Source: Pedosphaera sp.
GTDB lineage: Bacteria; Verrucomicrobiota; Verrucomicrobiia; Limisphaerales; SIBH01
DNA length: 64,000 nucleotides
Assembly (NCBI GenBank): GCA_031414955.1
Contig: JANOQV010000184.1
Location: 96,001 to 160,000, forward strand
Reading direction: 5' to 3'
Every line of letters begins with the position of its first letter. Positions within the stretch are counted from its first letter, which is position 1. Of the stretch, positions 38,918-45,869 are shown in pieces. The notes under the pieces were generated by a model. It had not been told where the DNA came from and did not search any database. It was given only the letters and a program-made list of their open reading frames with translations. Both the position numbers and the translations under genes were made by a program.

Positions 38918-38983
38918 ATCAAACCAGAGATGAACGCGCGCAGTGATTTGAACATCGTAAGCCGGCGAGGACGCCGGCGCTCC
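38868..38983. repeat. Third REPIN-like unit; supplies the RAYT stop codon
   Basis: Same arms and core as 37930-38047. Confidence 0.9.
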
Positions 38984-38994
38984 GGCGCGGAGAC

Positions 38995-39090
38995 GCAACC
39001 CTTTCAGGGTTGGGAAAATCCGGGAACGAACACCCAGGGTAGTCGCTGCGCGCCAACCCTGGGCTGGAGGACGGAACGCCGTTGGCGTTC
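38995..39090. repeat. Triple-hairpin palindromic element; a similar architecture occurs at about 45764-45835
   Basis: CAACCCTTTCAGGGTTG, CCCAGGGT...ACCCTGGG, GAACGCCGTTGGCGTTC. Confidence 0.7.
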
Positions 39091-39114
39091 AACTGGAATG
39101 AATCAACAAGAACC

Positions 39115-40539
39115 ATGAAAACAGACAAGGGCCAAACGATTCCGCAGTGTTTCATGTGCCAAACGTCGGTCACAAATCCCAAAGCGATTTTCGAATTGAA
39201 CGTTTTTGCTGTGGTTGGAAATAAATTTGTTCGATATGGCTATGGGATAGGCGGCACCAGACCGCGTGAAGGAGAGCATTCAATTTTTACGCCGGTCGGC
39301 AGGTCTAGCATCGTCGGAGGGTGTTGCAAAACTTGCACGATCAAGTGTCAGGAAGAGTGGTTGGCCAAATGCGGGAAATCAAAGAAGGAGACTGGCAGAT
39401 TCTTTATTGTGTTTCTCTGTGTAGCCTTGATCGGCGTCGTCTGCTTTCCACTGGTCAGCAGACTTCATTTAGCGAGCGCATGGCACATCTTACCGATTGC
39501 CGTTGCCGGCCTTGGCGCATTAGGTGCGCTTGGCGTTTTGATGCAAGCGCACGAGCACCGCGCAAAGGCCAGGAAAGGATTCTCGATCGAGACGTGCTTC
39601 ACAAACTCAGAATCTTTCAAAAAAGAGGCCACAGCCATAGCAACTTCCATCGATGTTTCGAGAGTGCGATTCAAGTTTGGAAACCCATCAGCTCTCGGCC
39701 CCTTGCTCCTAGAAGTGAAACAGATGGAGGCCTTCGCTGCGAAGGAGAATAATCTGTTGTTACTAACCGATGTTGACATTCTTTCCAATCTCACAGCCTG
39801 TGATTTCTATGAAGATCGGTATTGGTATCTAACATCTGCCGTGTCAGGGGAATCACTTTTAGGATTCGATACGGAGGGGAATCCCAGCGGCTTCAAGCGG
39901 ATTTACCCGAACATCCCCCCAAAGATGGTAGAAGTGAAAAACATCCGATTCGCAGCTGATAAAAATGCGAGCGTCGCCTGTTTTTTTGCCGAAATCTCAG
40001 GCTTATCAGACGTTGAAGAGCAAGAACTCGAACCAAAGCCTCCAAAAGAATTTGAATGTGTGGGCCAAGGCGTTGTGGTTTGTAGCGAAAAGACAGTTGT
40101 CTTAAAATCCCCGGGTAGTTTAGCCCACCTGCGACTTCCGGATATTGTTCGACTCGAACTTTCACTTGCCAAAAAGAGCGGTGGACGGGTGATCGCATCT
40201 TTCGTAGGCGGAGTGATTGGCTTCTTTATTGGGTTTTGCGCTGCTATTGTTGCGTTTCTTAATTCGCGACAGGTCATTGCGGCGGAGAAACTTTTGCTGA
40301 TCACTTTCGTTTTGGGGCCAGGACTCGGTGCAATTACAGCGCAGGCTTTCGTTTCAAAGAAGAAACCTGATTCCGGCTTGCTCGTTCTCGCTTTCATCCT
40401 GTCGGACGGCACTCGTCACGCGGTGTGCCTGGAACCTAAAATGGTAACCAAGGCTCGCGACGTTCTAACGTCAGCAGGACTTTCAGTTATCGACGAAACA
40501 GCAACGGCAGTTGCTTCAACCAACCTTCCTCGAAGCTGA
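39115..40539 (+). CDS. Unknown AT-richer membrane protein with two CxxC pairs
   Basis: 474 aa uninterrupted in AT-richer DNA; 'CFMC', 'CKTC'; two pairs of hydrophobic helices. Confidence 0.75.
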   Translation: MKTDKGQTIPQCFMCQTSVTNPKAIFELNVFAVVGNKFVRYGYGIGGTRPREGEHSIFTPVGRSSIVGGCCKTCTIKCQEEWLAKCGKSKKETGRFFIVFLCVALIGVVCFPLVSRLHLASAWHILPIAVAGLGALGALGVLMQAHEHRAKARKGFSIETCFTNSESFKKEATAIATSIDVSRVRFKFGNPSALGPLLLEVKQMEAFAAKENNLLLLTDVDILSNLTACDFYEDRYWYLTSAVSGESLLGFDTEGNPSGFKRIYPNIPPKMVEVKNIRFAADKNASVACFFAEISGLSDVEEQELEPKPPKEFECVGQGVVVCSEKTVVLKSPGSLAHLRLPDIVRLELSLAKKSGGRVIASFVGGVIGFFIGFCAAIVAFLNSRQVIAAEKLLLITFVLGPGLGAITAQAFVSKKKPDSGLLVLAFILSDGTRHAVCLEPKMVTKARDVLTSAGLSVIDETATAVASTNLPRS

Positions 40540-40600
40540 TGTCGGGATCCTTAAACATTTTGGGGCTTTGTTGGCGCTTGGATTTTGATTTTGGGAATTC

Positions 40601-40720
40601 ATGAACCGCACCGCCCATCTCGACCACGACCCGCTCGACGCGCGGCAGTTCGAGCTGGCCGTGCGCCGGCTGGCCAATGCGTTGAGCTACGGGCAGGAAA
40701 GCTCGCCGTTCCTCGGCGCG
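40601..40720 (+). pseudogene. Duplicate of the first 40 codons of the DUF58 gene
   Basis: 117/120 identical to 40915-41034; the three differences are synonymous. Confidence 0.92.
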
Positions 40721-40731
40721 ATCGTTTTGGA

Positions 40732-40848
40732 GGAGCGCCGCCGTCCCGGCGGCTTTGGACGAGCGAATAAATTAACGGCTGAATCAAACCAGAGATGAAC
40801 GTGAGCAGCAATTCGCGCATCGTAAGCCGGCGAGGACGCCGGCGCTCC
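40732..40848. repeat. Fourth REPIN-like unit
   Basis: Same arms and GGCTGAATCAAACCAGAGATGAAC core. Confidence 0.9.
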
Positions 40849-40914
40849 GGCACGTTGCATGCGTTCCCCAGTGTGTCGTCCGTTGAAGTTTGGATGTTTC
40901 CCTGAATTCCGATC

Positions 40915-41772
40915 ATGAACCGCACCGCCCATCTCGACCACGATCCGCTCGACGCGCGGCAGTTCGAGCTGGCGGTGCGCCGGCTGGCCAACGCGTTGAG
41001 CTACGGGCAGGAAAGCTCGCCGTTCCTCGGCGCGGGCATCGAGTATGTGCAGTCGCGCCCCTACCAGTCCGGCGACCCGGTGAAGTTCATCGACTGGCGC
41101 GTGACGGCGCGCACGGGAAAATTTCACGTCAAGGAATACGAGGCGCCCAAGCAGATGCCGGTCTATCTGCTCGTGGACACGTCGGCGTCGATGTGCGTCA
41201 GCTCGCAGCCGTTGAGCAAATACGCCTGGGCGGTGCAAATCGCCGGCGGCCTCGCGCTGGCGGCGATTGACCACATGAATCCCGTGGGCGTGCTGACCGT
41301 GGGCGAGCGCGACCTGCATCACAAGCCGACGCTGGCGCGCAGTTCGGTGATGCAATGGATGCACGCGCTGCGCCGCTATCATTTCGCCGAGGGCACGACG
41401 TTGGGCCGGCGCGTGCGCGAATTGGTGCCGCGCGTCGAGCAGCGCTGCCTGTTCGTGGTGCTGAGCGACCTGCACGACCCGGACGCGATTCCCGCCATCA
41501 AGCTTATGGCGCAGGATCACGATTGCGTGGTGCTGCATCTCGAAGACCCGGCGGAGCGCGGGCGTCTCGGCGGCGGCATCTACCGCGCGGTCGAAGCGGA
41601 GACGGGGCGCGAGTTCGTGGCGCACGGGCGCAGCCGGTGGTTCGATCAGGAAGAGACGCACAAGCTCTCGCGCGCTGGTGTTGATTATCTGCGCCTGCCG
41701 ACGAATGAACCGATGCTGCCACGCCTGCGGCATCTCTTCAAAAATCGCGGCGGCACGAGGAGGGGGGCGTGA
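40915..41772 (+). CDS. DUF58 protein (MoxR-associated)
   Basis: 'GIEYVQSRPYQSGD', 'IDWRVTAR', 'VKEYE', 'VDTSASM', 'LSDL'. Confidence 0.92.
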   Translation: MNRTAHLDHDPLDARQFELAVRRLANALSYGQESSPFLGAGIEYVQSRPYQSGDPVKFIDWRVTARTGKFHVKEYEAPKQMPVYLLVDTSASMCVSSQPLSKYAWAVQIAGGLALAAIDHMNPVGVLTVGERDLHHKPTLARSSVMQWMHALRRYHFAEGTTLGRRVRELVPRVEQRCLFVVLSDLHDPDAIPAIKLMAQDHDCVVLHLEDPAERGRLGGGIYRAVEAETGREFVAHGRSRWFDQEETHKLSRAGVDYLRLPTNEPMLPRLRHLFKNRGGTRRGA

Positions 41773-42794
41773 AAAAAAAGCCCCAAGCTCCAAGCTCCAA
41801 CCTCCAGGGAAGATCCAAGCTTCAAGCACCCAGGGGATGGCGCGTCGCTTGGGCAGGGAGCGCCGAGCATCGCTCGGCTTTGGGCATAGCCACGCACGTT
41901 CGTGCCGAGCGATGCTCGGCGCTCCGTTCTTCAGTGTGGTGCCGATTGGATCTTGGAACTTGGTGTTTCTCTGGTGCTTGGAGCTTGGTGCTTGGTGCTT
42001 TTCTCCTGTCCGCTTCAGCGATCTGGGCGGCGACCAACCCAACCAACACCGCTTCACGCAACATCGGCATCGAGGGCAAGGTCACCGTGGCCCTGCCCAA
42101 GCCGGACTACAAACCGCGTCCGCTCGACGACCGCACGGAATTAATTCTGCGCATCGAGAGCGTGAAGCCGTTGTCCAACGGCCAGCACAACTACGAGTTC
42201 TTCTACATGGGCCTCGAACAGGGCGCGTACAAGCTCGCGGACTTTCTCATTCGCCCGGACGGCACGCGGCCTGATGAACTGGGCGATCTGCGCATCCAGG
42301 TGCGCGCGATGCTGCCCGAGGATCACGACGGCAAGCTCAACACCTACGTGCCACGACTGTTTCCGTTCGTCGGCGGCTATCGCGCGGCGCTGGTCATCCT
42401 CTGCGTGCTCTGGGTGGGCGGCATCGCGGCTTACATTATCCTCACACGGAAAAAGCGCGTGGTGGCCGCGCCGGTGGCGGTGGTGCCCGAGCCATCGTTC
42501 GCCGAGCGGCTGCGTCCGCTGGTGGAAGCGGCAGCGGAAGGAAAACTCTCCGTTCAAGACCAGGCCAGCCTGGAGCGGCTGCTCATGGGCTACTGGCGGG
42601 AGAAGCTGAACTTCTCCGGTCTAGGCGTGGCCGAGGCGCTGGCGCGGCTCAAAGCCCACGCTGAAGCGGGCGACTTGCTGCGCGCGCTGGAGCGCTGGCT
42701 GCACCAGCCGGGCGGAGCGACGAAGGAAGAGGTGGCGGTGCTGTTACAGCCGTATCGGCAGGTGTCGGCGGCGGTCCAAGGAGGGGCAGAGTGA
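41769..42794 (+). CDS. Bat-operon-type membrane-anchored protein whose N-terminus is encoded by a palindromic element
   Basis: GTGA overlap with DUF58; signal-like 'LVLGAFLLSASAIWA'; internal TM; start uncertain. Confidence 0.7.
   Translation: MKKKPQAPSSNLQGRSKLQAPRGWRVAWAGSAEHRSALGIATHVRAERCSALRSSVWCRLDLGTWCFSGAWSLVLGAFLLSASAIWAATNPTNTASRNIGIEGKVTVALPKPDYKPRPLDDRTELILRIESVKPLSNGQHNYEFFYMGLEQGAYKLADFLIRPDGTRPDELGDLRIQVRAMLPEDHDGKLNTYVPRLFPFVGGYRAALVILCVLWVGGIAAYIILTRKKRVVAAPVAVVPEPSFAERLRPLVEAAAEGKLSVQDQASLERLLMGYWREKLNFSGLGVAEALARLKAHAEAGDLLRALERWLHQPGGATKEEVAVLLQPYRQVSAAVQGGAE
41776..42002. repeat. Heptamer (CCAAGCT-type) hairpin with a nested perfect 22-bp REP-like inverted repeat (41857-41878/41904-41925)
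   Basis: Outer arms about 41776-41830 and 41946-42002; inner GGAGCGCCGAGCATCGCTCGGC and its exact reverse complement. Confidence 0.9.
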
Positions 42795-42938
42795 AGATCC
42801 AAGATCCAAGATCCAAGATCCAGAGAAGCGCCAAGCTCCAAACACCAACCGACGGCGGGCAGCACCGCGACACGAAAGCACGTTGGATCTTGGTGTTTGG
42901 ACCTTATCTGGATCTTGGATCTTGGATCTTGGATCTTT
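42794..42938. repeat. Heptamer (GATCCAA)n / (TTGGATC)n hairpin at a gene junction
   Basis: AAGATCCAAGATCCAAGATCCAAGATCC versus GGATCTTGGATCTTGGATCTTGGATCTT. Confidence 0.92.
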
Positions 42939-42948
42939 TCCCCCGCGC

Positions 42949-43884
42949 ATGAGCTTCCACCATCCAGTCTTCCTCTGGCTGCTCGCCCTGCCCTTCGCCT
43001 GGGCTTTCTGGCAGTGGACGCGGCGTGGACATCTGGTGGTCGTGCCATTCGACCACGGGCCGCAACGCGAAGGCCGCCGGCTGCGCGTGCTGGTGAATTG
43101 CGCGCAGACGCTGCCCGCGCTGTTGCTCGCCATCGCAGTTCTTATTCTCGCCGGCCCGCGCCGGCCCGCGCCGCCGGAGAACGAGCGCATCCTGAACAAC
43201 ATCATCATCTGCCTCGATGTGTCCGGCTCGATGACGGCGCCCTTCGGCAGCTATCGCGGCCGCGCGGCCAAGACGCGCTTCGACGGTGCCATGGAAGCGG
43301 CCAAGGACTTCTGTGAATACCGCAAGGGTGACGCGTTCGGCCTGACCATCTTCGGCTCGGAGTATTTGCACTGGTTCCCGCCGACCAAAGAGTTGTCCGC
43401 GATTCGCAATGCGCTGCCGTTCGTACGTCCGCAGAACATGCCGCCGTGGTTTGGCGGCACGCTCATCGCGCGGGCACTGCGTGGTTGCAAGGACCGCCTC
43501 GCGCGCACCAAGGAAGGCGACCGTGCCATTATCCTGATCACGGACGGCGGCAGCGCGGACTTCGGGAATGGCGGCGACCGGCAGATCGCGCAGGAACTGG
43601 CCGAGCACAAGATCCGCGTCTTCACGATTTTGATCGGCAATGACCTGTTCGGCACGGGCGGTATTTACACCATCGGCGCGCTCACGAGCGGCAAGGTCTT
43701 TCAGGCGGGAGACCCCGGCGCTTTGGAAACGATCTTCCGCGAGATCGATCAGATGCAGAAAGCGCAGTTCAAGCAGACCACCTCCGACTGGGTGGATTAT
43801 TACAGGCCGCTGGCTTGGGCGGGACTGGGCATCGCTGCAATCTGGGGATTGTCGCTGTTGGGACTGAGATACACACCGTGGTGA
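42949..43884 (+). CDS. VWA-domain protein (BatA-like)
   Basis: N-terminal 'FHHPVFLWLL'; MIDAS 'DVSGSM'; 'GGT'; 'LITDG'; C-terminal TM. Confidence 0.88.
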   Translation: MSFHHPVFLWLLALPFAWAFWQWTRRGHLVVVPFDHGPQREGRRLRVLVNCAQTLPALLLAIAVLILAGPRRPAPPENERILNNIIICLDVSGSMTAPFGSYRGRAAKTRFDGAMEAAKDFCEYRKGDAFGLTIFGSEYLHWFPPTKELSAIRNALPFVRPQNMPPWFGGTLIARALRGCKDRLARTKEGDRAIILITDGGSADFGNGGDRQIAQELAEHKIRVFTILIGNDLFGTGGIYTIGALTSGKVFQAGDPGALETIFREIDQMQKAQFKQTTSDWVDYYRPLAWAGLGIAAIWGLSLLGLRYTPW

Positions 43885-43888
43885 AAAC

Positions 43889-44893
43889 ATGAGCCGGGAA
43901 GAAATCATCGCCATCGCCTCGTGGGCCGCTTGCGGCGCCGTAGCGCTGGGAATTTTCGCGGAATGGCTGCACGCGCGGCGCCTTCGCCGGCTGGCGCGGC
44001 TGGCCTTCGGTCCGGAACAGGAACCGCGGCTCTGGACGAAGCTCGTGCCGCCGTTGCGCGTACTTGGCCTGGCCGGCGTAGTGTGGGCGCTCGTCGTGTT
44101 GATGGGTTTCGAGGGTTCGAGCCGCAGCCGCGAACGCACCGCCAAGGCCACGCGTCATCTCATGGTGATGCTCGATGTCTCACCCAGCATGTTGTTGAAG
44201 GACGGCGGCGAGCACGCTTCGCAGACGCGCGCGGCCCGCGCCGCGGAATTGCTCCGCTCCGTGATGGAGCGCGCGCCGAGCGCCGAGGTGAAGATCACGA
44301 TGGCGTGCTTCTACACGGATTCCATGCTGCTGGTGAAGGAGTGCTCCGACCGCGAGGTGATCTGGAATTTTGCTGACAATTTACCGCTCTACATCGCCTA
44401 TCGTCCGGGTAAAACTGACATGGTGAAATCCCTGAACACCGCCGGCGAGTTCGTGAAGGACTTCCCGCGCAAGAGCACCACGCTGCTCGTGCTCTCGGAC
44501 GGCGACACGGTGCCGGACTCAGGACTGAAGCCGATGCCCTCATCGGTCACGGACATCATCTTCGCCGGCGTGGGAGATCCGATGCGCGGGACGTTCATCG
44601 ACGGCCATCTTTCGCGGCAGGACAACGGATCGCTCTCGCAGCTCGCGCGGCGGTTGGGCGGGAATTACCACAACGGCAACGTGAAACATGTGCCGAGCGA
44701 AATGCTGCGCCACCTGCTCGCGCCGGATGAGACGAGCGAGAAATTCAAAGTGAACCTGCGTGTGCTCGCCATCATCATTCTGGGTGCGAGCGCATCGCTG
44801 CTGTGCCTGCTGCCGTTGTTGCTGGAATACTTCGGCAGCGCGTGGAAGCCGGTGGTGCGTGCGGTGAAGCAGGAAGAAGAGGTGGCCGCGTGA
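43889..44893 (+). CDS. VWA-domain protein (BatB-like)
   Basis: Two N-terminal TMs; MIDAS 'DVSPSM'; 'VLSDGD'. Confidence 0.88.
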   Translation: MSREEIIAIASWAACGAVALGIFAEWLHARRLRRLARLAFGPEQEPRLWTKLVPPLRVLGLAGVVWALVVLMGFEGSSRSRERTAKATRHLMVMLDVSPSMLLKDGGEHASQTRAARAAELLRSVMERAPSAEVKITMACFYTDSMLLVKECSDREVIWNFADNLPLYIAYRPGKTDMVKSLNTAGEFVKDFPRKSTTLLVLSDGDTVPDSGLKPMPSSVTDIIFAGVGDPMRGTFIDGHLSRQDNGSLSQLARRLGGNYHNGNVKHVPSEMLRHLLAPDETSEKFKVNLRVLAIIILGASASLLCLLPLLLEYFGSAWKPVVRAVKQEEEVAA

Positions 44894-45017
44894 ACTGGCG
44901 AAACATCAAATACCAAACTTCAAACATCAAAGAAACAGCAAGCACCGAGCAGCAATCAGCTGGCGGCGGTGGACGTTCGGTTGGTGTTTGGAGTTTGTCC
45001 TCGAAAGGAGTTCTCCA

Positions 45018-45758
45018 ATGAAAAAACTGTTCTTGTTCTTCTGGCTCCTGCTGCCGCTGCCCGTGATCGTCTGGCACTACGGGCCGGGGCAAAAATGGTT
45101 CGCGCGCGATCAGGCGCACACGCTCATCCAGCGCGCGCAGCAATTTGAGTCAGAACGGAAATGGAGCGAAGCCGAGTCGCTCTATCGCGAGGCCGCCGGC
45201 AAGGTGCGCAACGAGGACCCCAAGCTTAAGACCCAGCTCGACATTGCCCTCGTACGGCAGCGTTACCGGCAAGGGGGTGCGGTCGAATCCATCGACATGA
45301 TCGACAGCGTGATCAGCGACGCGAAATTTCACCAGCAACCGGCGGAGATTCAACGCGAAGCACGCGAACTGGCCGGACGAATCCATTATCACGCCGCCTG
45401 GGTCATGCGGCTCGAAGGCGCGCAAAAGGATCTCTGGATGGAAGAGGCGGAGTTGTCGCGGCAGAACTTTCGTTTGCTCTCCGAGGAAACGTTATCCGCC
45501 GGCAAGGCCAGCTACTCGCAGCTTCAGCAGACGAACCTGGAAAGCTCGGTGCGGTTGCAACGCATGGGCCTGGTGGATTTGATGGCGAAGCCCCTCCCCG
45601 AAGAGGGCCGCACGATGGTGGGCCAGGGCCTGACCGAACAGATGGGGCGCCGCCGCGGGCAGCGCGGCAACCGCCCGGGCATCGGTCCAAACGAAGACGC
45701 GCGCGAGCCGGGCAAGGGCGCAGGCACCTCGCGCTTCGAGCCGGGGAAGGGATCGTGA
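45018..45758 (+). CDS. Helical/TPR-like membrane-anchored protein (BatC-like position)
   Basis: GGAG RBS; hydrophobic N-terminus; helical repeats; Gly/Arg-rich tail. Confidence 0.7.
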   Translation: MKKLFLFFWLLLPLPVIVWHYGPGQKWFARDQAHTLIQRAQQFESERKWSEAESLYREAAGKVRNEDPKLKTQLDIALVRQRYRQGGAVESIDMIDSVISDAKFHQQPAEIQREARELAGRIHYHAAWVMRLEGAQKDLWMEEAELSRQNFRLLSEETLSAGKASYSQLQQTNLESSVRLQRMGLVDLMAKPLPEEGRTMVGQGLTEQMGRRRGQRGNRPGIGPNEDAREPGKGAGTSRFEPGKGS

Positions 45759-45869
45759 GCACGAGCGTTGAAAGCGCGGGATTCGACGGCCCAGGGGCTT
45801 GCCCTGGGCTGACAAATTCCGCCCCGTTGGGGCTGGGATGGATGGCTTAAAAGATTTTTTAGAGAACAC

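Noticed and set aside
37046..38998. 650-aa minus-strand ORF with repeated 'HLWFDSA'
   Set aside because: The repeats are translations of the REPIN cores and the ORF is antisense to moxR and the RAYT
40601..41034. Diversity-generating retroelement template/variable repeat pair
   Set aside because: Differences are not adenine-specific, the repeat is at a gene 5' end, and no reverse transcriptase is present
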